Made by a program: the position numbers and the translations under genes. The notes under the pieces are model-generated. The model did not search any database, was not told the DNA's origin, and worked only from the letters and a program-made list of their open reading frames with translations. A DNA stretch of 61,954 nt, the filler included, from Choristocarpus tenellus KU-1152 (taxonomy: Eukaryota > Protista > Phaeophyceae): NCBI GenBank assembly GCA_964200185.2. It is 11 parts of 11 records of this genome, joined end to end, with 100 filler letters (N's around TTAATTAATTAA, not from the genome) between each part and the next. Parts side by side here need not be neighbours in the genome. Positions count along the whole stretch, not along the records: positions 12,612 to 18,296 come from CAXNAD020010015.1; positions 18,397 to 36,250 come from CAXNAD020000618.1; 9 more parts are not named here. One strand, written 5' to 3'. Of the stretch, positions 12,659 through 27,600 are shown piece by piece (the first letter of the stretch is position 1; each line of letters opens with the position of its first letter).

Positions 12659-14026
12659 ATTGCTTTATGTGCACAATAGTCTACGCAAAATTGATATGCT
12701 CCGTTTCCATCCACAAAGTGAGACCACAATTCAGCAAAGGTGAATTATACAAAAATGATTTTTTTTGCCCTTTCTCAGGGTCCTTGAAATGCAACCCTGA
12801 CTTACTCTCAGTTGGTTTGATTTACAACCCTTCCACTCCTACAACACATCACACATCACAACACGTTTTAAACTCTCACCCTCATCTCCGGACAACGTTG
12901 GAACGTTAAGCCTGACTGAATCATTCTCTCTTACTAGGAACCACCATTCTCCCCTGTCACAGTCCACCTTGGAAATGATGGCACCATCAAACAAGATCAA
13001 GATAACGTCAAGTGGGATGAGGGTTGAGGATGAGAATTTGGAAGGTGTGAAAAGTGTGGTGGGATGGGAGAATATATCTTTTCTTCCAGAACAATTATAA
13101 CAGGCAAAAATTGATTAAATTCGGGCTAAAACCAGGTGAAGGTAGGCCAGAGGTGTTGTACCTGTGAACAACAAGGGGGGGGAACAGGCACACGGCGATT
13201 CTAGCAGGGGTCTCCAGACCTATCCACCTTGGTTTCACCAATACTCGATTTCGGTACGAAGTGGCGCAGGTGTACCCCTTCTTGGCCACTACCCATTTTC
13301 TTTCCAGTAGTCACAGTTTTTTTCTTCCCTCATAAACCACAAACTCGCACATACCTACACTGCTTACCCTTCATGAGGTGAACCAATGATTCACCTGTTC
13401 TCATCTCCTCATATTGGACATCTGGAATCTTACGACAATCAACCTGTACATTCAACAGCTACGTATGGAAGATCAAGCTCACCAACTCTGCATCAACAAC
13501 ATATTATGCCAAGGAAGGATGGACAAAGATGATACTACATGATGACTGCAAACATACCGCAGTAAATGAATGAGGTGTGCCAGCAGATATTGTACTGTTT
13601 TGGTGGTCGAATTTACCACCCTTAGAAATAATTGCATGGGAAGTGAAGTGCCCATGCTTGTTTACTATTTGCTTCTCACGAATGTCTTCATATATGTGCA
13701 GTGCGTGGGCAGTGGAGAAGCTGAGGCAGCCAAGGAGGTGGATGAGGAAAAAGGGTGACTGAGAGCTGGTGACTTGATCTTCAAACTTCACATATTATAT
13801 GAGGTCGACACGTATCTGGACAACTGCAAAACTCCAGACCTGCTGAACCAGCGAATATACATAGATAGTGTGATGAACCAGAAACTGATGATGGAGCCAG
13901 ACAGGGACAGGATGGCATATGTGCGGCAGAAGGAGCATCGTGCTCACACATCAGAAGCTGACATATTTCATCCAGTCGTGGCAACTGCCATCATACTTCA
14001 TTGCTCTTCTTACATATAGTAGTATA

Positions 14027-14284
14027 GACTGAAAGTATCTTAGAGGGTACGAGTTCTGCCCTGTTTGTCCATTTGGGGCTTGACTTCTGACGAATTTTTT
14101 ATGACATTTTCCAACTCCGAAATGTTTTCCAGTAGGTCATACGTGTACGCTATGAAAAGGTTTGTTCGGAACATGGATATTGAAACTTCCTAACAAGCAC
14201 GATAGTCGAAATTTCATCTAAATCACAAAATTGGATTTTGGATCCCAAAAAAACACGACTCTACCGTCTAAGATACTTTGACTC
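14027..14284. mobile_element. MITE family B copy
   Basis: gactgaaagtatcttagagggtacgag...gtccatttgggg ... ctctaccgtctaagatactttgactc. Confidence 0.9.
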
Positions 14285-15520
14285 ACAGCCACCATTTAAT
14301 TTCTCAGCATATGGTTGGTGTGAGTTCCAACCTCTACAACGACTAAATGAGGGGAGTTGGTGATGTGTATGGTATTGATACGATTCTCTGGCCAGATGTG
14401 GCAGGGTCTCATGGCAACTCTCTCTGGGGTGAGGCTTGAGATGGATGGAGGTGTAGGTGGTAGTGTGGAACAGGCGCAACTACCGACGCAGAGAGTAGCA
14501 GGGAGGGAGTTGGGAATTTCAGGCAGGCAACCGTATATATAATGGGACAAGAGTCAAGTGAGAGCACAACCTGTGGAGGGAGTTTGAAGAAAGAAGTGGA
14601 GTGGGCAAAGTAGGAGGACCAGGGTTAAGGGGTATGGATGGTAGTGATTTATACTATTATACGAACTGAGAGGTATACGCATTTTAACCGTTTTGCATTA
14701 TCACACACCTTGTTTTTCCCTCGTACAATACAACAAACCATTTTCTTGTTTTACGTGTAATAGAAGCCCTCAAAACTGAAGGTGTCACTACAGAAGAAAG
14801 GCTAACCGAGAATTTACCACAATAGAAAAAGGAAAAACTTTTCGGAAAAATGATGTTTCGACAGTACATTTTGGACAATTGTTGGGATCCTTATAAAAGC
14901 AGCTGTCCTTATATACGTATCAGTTAGTACGACTCGGTGATGTGCTATAGAAATGGGACAGGTACTATTATGTCCACAAGCTAGGTAGGTGAAGGGTCGA
15001 GCAAGTCAAGGAGGTGGTGGATCTTGCCCGTGGGGACCTGCTTCTGACCCCTTGTCCCAAGGTTTACTTTGCGTGCACTGCTACCAAAAAAGCAACTGCA
15101 GCTCCCCAATCCATTGTTGACTGCACCGCCTTGGTCCCAAAAGCCTCCCAGCCACCATCATGGCGCAGGATGTGTGGCCATATTATATTTTTAGTCTAGC
15201 GCTTCAAGAAGTGGCTGGTGGGGGCATTGGTGGTTCAAGATAGACTTTCACTATTCCTGAACTGATGTTTGTCCAATATCAGGGGCCGCTGGTCCGTAGT
15301 CTCCTTGGTGAACAACATGACTGCATATCTTGGGTCCTGTTTCTTCTGAGTATGAAAATTATATTGTTGAACTATTTAATCCAGGTACAATGATGTATTT
15401 ACTTCAAAATCGGTCAACCAAATACTAGATATAAACTGGGAATTAAAAAAAACACGAGGAATATCCCTGTGAGACATGCTGCTTTGGATTTGCAGTCCTC
15501 TGGTCACATATGGCGCTCTA

Positions 15521-15776
15521 CCTCGCGTATTGAGTCAAACCAACTGAGAGGTAGGCAGAGTTGCATTTTTAGGATCCCGGTAAGGGAAAATATATGTCAT
15601 TTTGTATAATAGCAGAAAGAGCCTTTGCTGAATTGTGGTGTCACTTTGTATGTGTGGAAGGGGGAAATATCAATTTTACGTACACTATTGTAATGAAATA
15701 GAGTGTATTGGGCAGGGTAACAAAAATGCCTTAGAATTCAAGAAGGCCCAAACCTGCCTACACCTCTCAATCGGTT
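15521..15776. mobile_element. MITE family D copy
   Basis: Inverted ends aaccaactgagaggtaggcag / ctgcctacacctctcaatcggtt. The left end extends to ta|cctc, mirroring gagg|ta at the end of the 60199 copy. Confidence 0.8.
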
Positions 15777-18220
15777 AGGTTCACTACTGCATCACTGCAC
15801 CTTGTCTCTCGCATCAAGCAACTAATCATTGTTTATTTCAGCACATTAATATTATCTTAACTTTGCATCTGGTGGGACTATGATAATTTCCCCAACCCGT
15901 GGTCAGAGTCAGTGCACATGACATTACTAATGCTTCAATACTACTTCTTAGTACTTGTTTAGAACTACGTAGTATGAAGCACAAACTGTTGCAGTACAGG
16001 TAACTGCACTGCCTCGTGCGTGCCCTGATTAGGTTCAGTCATCCTGCCGTTTGTCACGGCCACTCTTCGTCAAATATTGCCCTCCATGCACCTGGCAACA
16101 CCAATTCACAATGAAGCCTTATCATCTTGTTTCAGGTTTTTCTGAGTATCTGGTATAGCGAAGGATTAGATGTAACACAGATGTCCATTGCATGGTGCTT
16201 GGCAGTGGGACCATAGACCCCAGATTTCGGTGAAGCAAAAAAGAAAAATTGTCCTTGGCCGGGTTATGATTAGTACATAACTTTGCATAAGCTGAAGGTG
16301 CTTTGCCATGCATAGCCACGCCCACACGAAATTAACTTCACTTAAGCGGCAACAGGATACACCTGTACTTTACCTTGGAGATATTTGCAGTCAGCCATTG
16401 CTAACAGTTTCCAGATATGTATTTCTAATCTTAGTGATGAGGAAAGAAAAGAACGACAATGGAGTCAGAGTAAACGAGAGCCAGTTGCATTTGAAGGGTG
16501 AGGGCAAATAAGTATAAATTTCCTTCTTTTTTACAATTGAATGTAGGATATTTTCCGATTGTGTCGAAAATTTTTAAACAATAGAGAAATCAACCCGCTG
16601 AAGTCAAACTTAAGACTTGATCGATAGAAATATGGTTGAATTGCAAAAGATTGAAACTGGCTTATAATGCAAAAGGGGCAAAAACTTGGTACCTCTCGCT
16701 TACTTTGACTCTGCGTAAGTACAATAGAAACAGCTCAGGGGGGATACCCTGCCTCTACTAGCCGATAATATCAAGCACAGTAGATTGCATTTCAGGCTCT
16801 CTCAACATTCCATAAAACAAAATATTTTCTTGCAGGTTTGTTCTTTGATTCCTTTTTCTTAGATTCACTGCAGGAACGAGGAATGAGGCACACAACTCAC
16901 CGAGGGTGTGAACAGCTGTTCTCAAGGAGGGGTATTCAAAAATGAAGTATTGAGTGGCTTGTTTTGTAAGGCAGATTAGATTGACAGCACCCTGCCACTA
17001 CTTTGCCCATGCTGGTCCTAAAAAGGGCGTGATTGAACGGAGAAAAAATGAGAGAATGCTAAATAGGTCCAGTTCGATCGAGCCACTTGCTTGTATCCGT
17101 GTTCTATTTACAGTGATCAAAGTAAGTTTTGCAGATAATGAAGAAGTGGAATTTTCCAGGGCGCAGCCAGGGAGGGAGGGAGTGCATCTCCTCGTGGGTA
17201 GTCGGTATTGGGGTACTCACTAGTTCTTAAATCCATCTGCCTGAGATATGTAGAAGGTGTATCTGTTTTGGGATATTCATCCATACACACGAGATTCCTG
17301 GAACGAGGTGCGATCGCCAATCCCTAACCTCTATTTCAACAGCAATGATGAAATCCATCTATTGTAGCACCAGAATCACAGACTAACATTTGCTTGGAGC
17401 GTTTTACTACAGGTAGCGCTAACTGGATTTCACTACACATCCCAAACAAAAGCCTTACCAATTCTAGAATGATCATGAATTGGGCCACGTATCAAGTTCA
17501 CAAAGATTTCCTCGACACAGAGGAACCTTATCAGTCCGATAATATTACAATTTATGACCCAAAATTGGTGAGCGATGGTTGATCGAGATCTTTGGCTGGG
17601 TAGTCAATAAAACACACTGAAGTTGACCGGTAGCTTTAAAACTGCTTCTCCTCTCCATGTTGAACATCCCTTGGATGGTAGGCCTGTAGCCAAATAGATG
17701 GTGCACCTCGAGCGATAGTCACCTCCCACCCCGCACAGAGTTACAATGTCTAAGGCTTGAAGTATTGTACACTTATCAGAAAGGGATGAAATGTTGAAAG
17801 TCGCTTTGTCTCTGACCACGACAAAATTTAGTGGACACTTCAGAGAAGAGCCCTCAAGACCAACTCCCCGTTCCGCAAACATGCATTGTGAAAGTATACC
17901 AGACCACTACCATACCACCTTCATTGACTCACTCACAAATAAACTAAGCAAATTACATTTGCAAGGAAGGGTGGGAAGTAAGTGCCAAATGCATCTGTAC
18001 ATTTATGCTGTACACATACTCTAATCCAGAGTGACTCAAGGAAAACAATATAGAGCTGATTGCTTGGATGGGGAGGATCATATTCATACTTTTTTTATTT
18101 AGTAGGGAGTATTGAAGGGGTCATTAGACCAGGAAGGCATATGCCATATCAGGGCCATACACACCTGGAATCGAACCATGTAACTTTCAGCAACGTGCAA
18201 TAGTGAGAAATCAAGCCCTA

Positions 18221-18425
18221 GGCTCAAAGTATCTGGGGGGGGGGGGTGACGGCTGTCCATTTGTGGCCCATTTTTATTGTCGCGATTGTTGGGTTTNNNN
18301 NNNNNNNNNNNNNNNNNNNNNNNNNNNNNNNNNNNNNNNNTTAATTAATTAANNNNNNNNNNNNNNNNNNNNNNNNNNNNNNNNNNNNNNNNNNNNCCCC
18401 CACCCCCCCCTCAGATACTTGAGCC
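18221..18425. mobile_element. MITE family A termini flanking a linker (probably two different copies)
   Basis: ggctcaaagtatctggggg before the linker and cagatacttgagcc after it. The flanks do not form a TSD. Confidence 0.7.
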
Positions 18426-18637
18426 TCATATTTGAAGATATATTATATGATCAGTATCTAAATAAACTACCATCAAACTTGAACTTGTTCTGTTGGACTG
18501 AAATTCTTATAACTTGAACCTGTTCTGTTGGAATGAAATTCTTATTCCTTGTCTATGAGGGGACTGAGAAATCTTCTGTTCTGTATCATGCATACAAAAG
18601 CAACAGAATTTGTTAACTTTTAGAGGCGACTTCTTAC

Positions 18638-21600
18638 CATGCCAGGGACAAGGTCATCGATAATGTACTCGAAAAATCCACCATCAGCAGATCCCACGTG
18701 GATGACATCCGAATCATAAGCAGATCCATTTGGCATGCTTCCAAAGTAATGATCGATTGAGACTGAGGAATTTCCACCTCCAGAGCACAAGAGACTGCTT
18801 GTGTCATATACCTGAGCAACAGTGTGGAGTATGACAAGGATAATAGAAGTTCATTAGTGGTTATATGAGGCCTAGAAGCTTAGAGCACGATAAAATGGTC
18901 AACCAAATTTCCTGTAATAGATAATATGGCCAACAAATTTCCTCATCGCTGAATAACCGCTAGCCAGCCGCATATAATCCAATTAAGAGAATCTTCTAGT
19001 CATTACTTCTGCTCCATATCTAGACACATGCAGCATTCTCTGGCGCTATCCATGGCGTATACACACAATTTCCAGTCTAATGATTTTAACATGATAGGCT
19101 CACCTCAAGAGTTGGGAATGGACCAACTTCCGAAGTGAACTCAATTTTCCAGGAAGAATTTGTATTGCTATTGTTGACGGACACAGAGACGGTTCCCACA
19201 TTGGGCATGTTCTCAAGGGCCGTTAGGATATCCCAAGCAGATGCACTAGCATCAATTTCTGTCGACAAGTACAGACCCTAAAAATTGTGGTAATTGGAAG
19301 AGGCAAACGTTTAGTGTGTAGGTGACCCACATGACGATTTGTCCTTGGGTAGGATCCAGCATGTCAAACACATGGCACACCACTGAATGCAAAGGATGTT
19401 TTAGTCTGGATGCTTTCATATTGAATAAATTCGATCAAGAGGTTGAGGAAACCAGCATCAAAGGAACACAGAAAATTGCAATCCTTGTGGCATCACTTTC
19501 CCACAAATAATAATTTTCTATTGCACCTGAATTGGGGCAAGGTTGTATTCTGTGGTATTGAGTGCCAGTCGGAAGGATCCCATAGCCGTTTGTTGCCCAG
19601 GGCAAACCACTTCCACAATGGCAGACGTCAGATTGTAGCTGGAGAAGCTCACAGCAGACCACTCCAATAAGTAGGCCTATTACAAGAGAGATTTGTTAAA
19701 CCAAAGATGCCAAGGTAGTCTTGACCGAGGAATCACAGCGTAGAAGTGGGCTTCAATCTCTTCAATTCTTCCCAGTTGACAGAGCTGAGTATGGCAAAAA
19801 TATTCCATTTCAGAACAATTTACTCACCACAATGTCACTACCTCCTGTCCCATGGAAGTCATTGTAATCTGCTTTCACTGTTGGGGCTTCCCAAGACACC
19901 AGAAGCGACCGCCCACGGACAGCGGACTCTGTGACCAGGACAGGAAAGTGGATGGATCACCAAGTACTAAAACAACAGTCGCACAGAATTCTCATCAGTA
20001 TGAGCTCTGAATACCCAAGTACATGTGAGCAATTCACATGCACTTGTCTTATCACCACTGCTAGAAAAAGTTGAGTCATTCTTGTCTCTATTGTGACAAG
20101 TGGCATTTGATATGTACTCATGACTTAGATAGCAATGATCATTTTCATATGTAGCAATGCTGGACCTCTGCTGGAGACAGAAGGATTGCTTAACCACTGA
20201 CCTGTCTCCTCTGAGGATAGTTCTTGAATGGTTGAGGGGTAGCCTGGGGGATCTGGAGATGTAACAGGGGTGGCGTCCTTGTAGTTTGCAACCGATCCAT
20301 ATCCAAGGGAATTAAAAGCTGCTACGCGAACATAGTATTGAACACCCTGCTTCAGACCAGTGATGTTGTAGCTGTAACAGGGAGGTGTGTACGTAAGGAA
20401 TACCACCAACTAAAGGGTATAGTCGTGTAATTGTATGTGGAAGACTTCATTTTGTGAAAACGCCTGACTAATCCTGATTATGCTGCTATGCTGGTGCTCA
20501 AGTACTATTGACCAGGGACTACATCTAGCTGAGTCACTCAATGTGACCTCAACAAATTTAACTAACCTTCCCTTGCTATCCAGGCCAGAGACTTCAACCT
20601 CTGGGCTGGTGCCATTGACAGTATCATAACTCATTGGTTTGTTGCCAAGACTATTGAATGTTGGGAACGTGTCCCACTCCACCTGGATTGGATGGAATCA
20701 AATTCATGTATGTCGATTGGTTAAGTCCAGAAATTGAATATATAATGCTTTTGTAAGGTGTTGCCAAAATGAAAAAATGAGACACCCTTCTGGAGAAAAA
20801 TTAGAGAAGTTTGTTCAGGCGTATAACTGTGTGTGTAGGACTTTGTTCATAGTGGGCCTTGGGACAAAAGTGCGACATAGTAAGGAGAATGTGCTAATTT
20901 TCCTTAGAGCACTTATTAATACATGTTCTATAAAAAAAATGTAGTGCTGTGAATCTACACCATTGATAAGTAAATACTATAATGGAATAGCACACAGAGC
21001 ACATGATACAAGGCAACAGGCACCCATACATATTTATAGATCCCAATTTAAAAATCACCTCTACGTTTTCAGTCTCAATATATTGCTCTTTATGTCAGTA
21101 CTGCAGTGATTTCAATCACTACAATTCACAACACGAACCAAAAGACTTGTGTGTACCATCTGTTCCTGGAAGCTATGCTATGCATATATCATGCTGTTAC
21201 AGTATCCAGCATAGTGTAGCCATTCTGGGACAACAATGCAGTTACAAATTGGAGTGGTAAGATCTGCGTCCGAAGATTGGTAAGAACAATAAGCTGCATA
21301 CCTTGAACTTTGTCACAAATGTAGCTGAGCATGTACTGCTTGAATTTAGGTCAAATGAATCCGCCATGAAGGTAACCTGCATATGCACATAGCCAATTGC
21401 AAGGGTATCTCAATACTGGGAATGATGTCACATATTTCAAGAGGTATTTACTACTTCTCCACCTACACATTTCTAAAAAGTATTCAAGAAGCTGGTCACA
21501 TATTAGAAAAATCAACAACTTGAACTGCATGGAAGTGTGCAAGATGCATCACTTTCAAAAAAAGAATACTTACAGAAGGTGAATTCTGCATTGATATCCC

Positions 21601-24600
21601 TAAGCAAAGCAGCAAGCTTGAAATGTGAGATAGAGGCTGAACGAAGAGGTGATAATATATGAGGTAGAAGGATCTAAAAATAGTATTTCTTAGCCAATAT
21701 TATCTATTTCAAGGCTCCGAAATGAAGGACAGCATGGAGATCACTTGAGAAATTGGTATCAGAAATTGACATGCTTAGAAATAGTTAATGGAAATTGGTG
21801 CTAATCTATACTTTTATATCATTTTTATTTTCCAGAATTGTTATAGATTCTGAATTTGTGTAACTTGGACGTACCAGCAAGGATTCTGATGTGAAGGAGT
21901 TGGGGGCTTTGTCGGATGTCGACCAAGGGATGTCAAATACCGGTGCATAGGGTACCCGTCGAGGTATGATGGTACTATTACTGTGTTCTGTACAGTCTTC
22001 GACACCTGGGGGGCATGTGGGTACTGCTGACACTGTGCCTGTCAAACCCTGGGAAAAACACGACAAGATATTGAATGTGGAGTTAGAATATTGACTAGGA
22101 GTGATATCCTCACTTCTGCTTGATATGAAAGAAATATGTTAGCCATCCAGTTATCTGGGTTCATTGGGATTGCACATTGTTCTGAGGGGATAAGGCAGTA
22201 CTTCAAGGCTATTGAAAGATCTCCTGTTAAGAAAGGAGTACCTGCAATCCCTTCTGTTATATCCAATTCCACTCGAACTTTGATATCTGTATCATGCTCA
22301 GATGGTCATCTACCTTGAGCATCAACATTGATTTTTTGCTTTATGACTCTCCAGTGGAGCATAATGAAACTTAATGGGTTAATTTATATGTTACAACCGA
22401 TTTTTCTTGCTGCCTCACCACTGTAGGGTACCAAGCTGGAGGTCCTTGGCCCATCTCATTCACTGCTCTCACTCGTACCACCCATGGATCCCCACAGATG
22501 ACACTTTCGTTTAATAGAGATAAATATTCTTCGAAAATGCCTGACAATGAGGCTTTTACTGGATCCACAGTTACATTGCTGTGCCCAGTTGTCCATCCAA
22601 GCCCATCATTGTAAGGTGTGTATTCGACAAGGTATGATGTGATTGCATCTCCATTGAGCTCAGACACAGCGTGCCATGTAACTCGCAGGGAGTAGCCATC
22701 AGTTGGATTTGAGTATACCTATTGTATTAAAGTGAAGTTGGGGGTTTTGATTGATTAAGTGTAATGAAAAAGGTGATGCCACAATTCCGGATCAAGCCCT
22801 GTGCTTTACAGAGACCTGCAGATTTGCCATGTTACAGGCTTGGATTTAAGTTTACAGAGTAGAAAGCACAGGCAATATGCTGCCTGAGCAAAGTTCTCTA
22901 ATTTCTAGAAAAAACATCAATGACTGAAAGCACAGTTATAGACAGACAAGTAATATCATCCTGCTGTGAGCATTCATGTCACCTTTGCTTCAAGAGGGGG
23001 CCCGGGTGGTGCCCTGGGTATGCAGGCTCCCTCCTCGTCCCCGCAATCTGGTTCAGGCATAGCTTCTTGCGCTTTTCCTGTTCCCACAGAGTTAACAGCT
23101 GCTACACTCACATAGTACGGCTTTCCAGGGCTTAGGAAGCCACCATGAACCTGAAAAAATATTGATGTGTTTGTTTCGTGAGGAAGGAAGGATATTAACA
23201 CGAACAAAAATACTTGAGAAGAGTGCTTATGGCCTTGGACTTTCAGTCTTCTTGTCTTCAGATCTATTATGCTTCTTAGAGGTCAAGATGTGCTCGAAAG
23301 ATTGACAAACTTGCCTGACTGCAAAATCTTAGTCTTTTTGGCAATTTTTTTTGCATCGTACTTAATCATTCTCACCTCAGTGGATACGACAACTTGATGC
23401 TGTGTTGTTGAAGAATTGACTGTGCCATTCCTCCTTGAAGTGAGCACACTCCAATCCGAACAGGTACTGTTTCCAACAAAATCTGTTGGAGTCAGGGAGG
23501 ACACATTGCCCCTAACCCCAGCTCCAATGAATGTGATCTGGGGGTTCAAACAATATGATGGACTTACTGGTGTGTCAGACATTACTCAAAAAAGGACAAC
23601 TGATCATTTCAAAACACTTACTTTCATTTCCTATATTCTCTACTAACAAATGAAACATACATGTTTCAAATTATCTTTGGTTTCTAGTGACTGCACACCC
23701 CAAAATCAAACAATAGTATGCCTACTGGCATATTTGTCACAATGATTGACCCTATTCAGTCAAGATATGTATCTCAAGCGAGAGTACATTCTTTAAGGCT
23801 ATTATGTCCTAAAACAAGCCCTTTTGAAGAATTTCCATACCCAATAGCGGTAGCCATAGCCAGGGTCGGAGATGCTTTCGCGGGAGACAGACACGCTGCT
23901 TTTGATAATATTCTCAACTGCTTGGCGTACGTCAGAGAAGTTTGCATTGTATGCAATGCATCTAACAATGGTGCAAGCAGAAGGATGTGGGAAGATATTA
24001 GCAGGAATTTTTATACATTGATAACATTTCGATAAGATACCTGCTGTGCAGAAAACCTACAATCATTATATGCTTTCATTGATATAAAATAAATAATGTC
24101 CACCTTGAGCTGCTGACAATGGCACCTCTTCTAATACTTACGATGATGTGGAGATATTGTTGCTCCCTTCTGCAAGGTACTGAAGACGATACTCCCCGCC
24201 TACAAGTGGATTGGTATCACCAGAGTAGACATCCAGTATTTGCACCTCCACTCCTAGCGGGAATGAGCAATTGGTGACCTACAGATAATGGGAAAATAAG
24301 GTTTGCAATGCAGTGTTAGGCAGTGAATATTTCAGAAATGAGTATAACACAACTGAACATCCTGCAGGAACCTCTGCAGTATTACCATCCCACCTCCTTA
24401 CTTTTCCATGGCTCGACTAGCAGCTCAAACTTGTATCTCAACAACATTGAGCTCAAGTACTTACGTAACAGGGAAGAGTGGAGCCATTATTGCGTATGGC
24501 CCGTATGTCATACAATCCAGCCACGGAAGGGTTGCTATCAGGAATAACAGAGGTAAAATCACTCCGCACATCCCAGGCTACACGGTAGTGGGTGATTGTG

Positions 24601-27600
24601 GAACCTGTTGTGGGAAAGGAGTCAAATAAGTAAATGTGGATGATATGAGAATTTTTCCGCAGATGGGACCACCATCCAAGTACAGAGGTACTTGTACCGG
24701 AAGTAGTTGTAAGGAAGATGGATGAGAACAGCGATATAGTGTATATGTTACACTCTGCTAGACATACCACCATCTGAAGTGCTGAACATCTGAGTGGCGG
24801 CATCCAAGGATGGCCTTGCCCAGCTCACATCCAAGCGGTCAGGCACTTCGCCTGGGGCTTCAGGGCTGACGAAAGATGACGTTGATGTCCGAACAACAAC
24901 GTTCTCAGGCTTGTATGCCACCTAGAAAAGTTTGATGATGAGTGCCAGGTGAATAATATACTGTTAACTTACAAAAGAACTTATTTTTGAGATAATTTGT
25001 GAGGATCCTCAGGGCAGCTGTTCTGCACAAATGGTCGTTTTTTCAGCAGTAGGTTCTTGAGCAACCACAAGGCCTATTGATGAGTTTGGAGACTTAACCA
25101 GAAGCTCTATCAATAGCGAGTGATGGTATACACAATGGCTGACTTCGGGCGATATTTGTGATTGTAGGGCGTCTGGACAAACCTTTCGAGCAGAAGTGTA
25201 TCAGTTCGCTTATACCCACATGTATCAAATTGACTGGAGTTAATTCTATTCCACTCTAAGGCCAGAGATGAGCAGTACTGGGAGACCATCTCCATGCATT
25301 CTAAACAGTTTTTTTGTATGACTTTCCCACCTGCTCAGTTGTCTCTATAGGAGCAGGAGTAGCAACTCGGGTAGGTCCATAGGTGGTAAATCCATCTGAT
25401 GTATTTTCAGATGAATTGTCACCTCCAGGACCATTGTAGGCGGAGACACGGACATAGTACTCTGTTGCATTCTCGAGTCCAAAGATCTGATGATGACAAA
25501 GACTTGTGTTGAGGTGTAGCTAATAGTTCAAGTTACTCGGGTTTGATGCCATTTTTTTTTCGGTGTATGGAGAAAAGAGTTGTTAGGTTGTGCACATGTG
25601 ACGATAGTATTAGAAAATAATACGTGAAAGTATCAGAGCTTATTAGAAACTTCACATTGGGATGACTTCAAGTAAAAATCAAGTATGAACAATTGGTCGA
25701 GGTCTCAACAGTGTAAGGACAGATCAAACAACCTAAGAAAAATGTTCAATGCACTTGATTGGGTCATGAATTTTCCATTTCGAAATCCTTTCAGGAAATT
25801 TTGAAGACTGAAGCAATCAAAGGGAGGAGGGTTAGTCGAAAAAGAAAAATGAAGGCTTACCTGGTATTGTGTATCTTCTGTTATGGCGCTCCATTCACTG
25901 GCTTCCGCATGGGTGAACTCCCCCCCAGCAATAGACCTGCCAAATCTGTAGTCCTTGTCCCACTGTACAAGATATTTGCTCACTATTGACCTGGGGGACA
26001 GATTTATAGGCATAGTTGCTGGTGAGAAGGCTGGGGAGGCACTCTATATTATGGTACTCTTTTCGAGAAAAATCTTGAAAAAATAGAGGTAATTTTTGTA
26101 TGAATGGCTCAAACGAGGAAATTGGGTGGGATTAATCAATTTTCCTTGAAAAGATTATCCTCACTCACCCTCCGTCAAATTCTGGTTCTGACCAGTAGAC
26201 TCCCAATGAAGTTCTTGATACAACTGTAACATAAACCTCGTTGGGAGTGGATGGTGGTCTATGGCCAAGCACCACTGAGAGGTCCGAGTCAGAGTCTGAA
26301 CGCCCTGGCAATACTTCTGAGATTGAAACGTTTCCTGTTGTCATGGCCGGTAAAAAAAATATATGAGCAGGACCAGAAAAATGAATGATAGAATGTAGCT
26401 GAATGATGGAATAAATCAAATCGTGTCCAAACACACCTGATAGAATCTCAAAGGCCCAGAGAACCATTTGTGCTCCCTTCATATGAAATGACCTATAGAT
26501 AACATAGATCCAAGTATGGAACAAAAATAGGATGGAATTATCTAAAACACCTTTCAGGAATTATAAACACCAAGAGCAAGTTCTCACCACAACTGACACT
26601 ATCAAGTTGATTGGAGGTGAGAAGAGGAAGGTCGCCTGGCCTGGCAACCCCATCGAAAGAAACAATATACTCCATTTGATACTTCAGCGTATTGATGGTT
26701 GTTGTGTCATAGCTGAATCTCTCAGAGTGGTCAAAACGTAGAACACGTACTGCACCCGCTATGTTGCTTAGGCCAGATAGAGCATCAGCCACCTGGGTAG
26801 GAAGGTTGTATTTTGTGGGATGTATATGTTACGCAGGAGTGAGGATGTTAATTGAGATTTCTGTCACTTAACCATGACTAGAGGACTCCCCTTGCAGGCC
26901 TTCTTACTTCAATATTTTGCTGGTCAGCATTACTTGGTCTGCCAACCGCAATTGGAGAGGGGGTTAGGATATCAGGATTAACAAGCAGGAATGGTCAGGA
27001 TTCTCACTTCACTAGGTTGGGCATCATAGTCCAGAGCTGCTGTAGTCTCGTTTCGACCAGTGAACAGATCCATAAATGTCAAATTAAATGAGCCCCTCCC
27101 CCCCTCCGCAGGCAGAAGGTCTCCCACACAGGAGATGTTTGTGCTGGACAGAATGATCCTTTGTACCTGGGAGAAATGTGTACATGTGTGTGAAATCTAG
27201 GTATGCAGAGCTCTACCAATGTACCACAGAGTAGTATGCAATAGAAGATGGGCAGAAGCATCTAGAGATTGGAAATTCTGAAGCAAAACTCTACTGCAGT
27301 GGATTGAGAACCTCAAACAAATATGGATTGATATCAAAAGTACTCAAGCATCTTTGATAGCGGAGGTACAAGGTGTGAAGTGGACATCAGGCATATACCA
27401 AGTAGGCATTAATAGAACAAGAAGAATTATAAAATGAAATTTATCATGCCCTGCATTTTGTACTCACTTCATTGAGTAGCCAACCAGAAGGTATGGCTTG
27501 TGCAGGTTCAGAAAACCCAAGAGCATTCGATGCCATGACCCGGACATAGATTGACTTGGAACTATCTACCCCTGCAATGGGATTTACACGAGATTATACC

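Noticed and set aside
12950-14020. Degenerate coding-like stretch (possible retroelement)
   Set aside because: No diagnostic motif recognised.
16950-17900. Cluster of short ORFs
   Set aside because: No recognisable domain or consistent splicing.
22042-22272. ORF as an extra FN3-gene exon
   Set aside because: The flanking exons already join in frame, and it has no repeat motifs or suitable acceptor.
26335-26352. Apparent non-canonical acceptor in the FN3 gene
   Set aside because: A normal CAG acceptor at 26335-26336 gives the correct phase.
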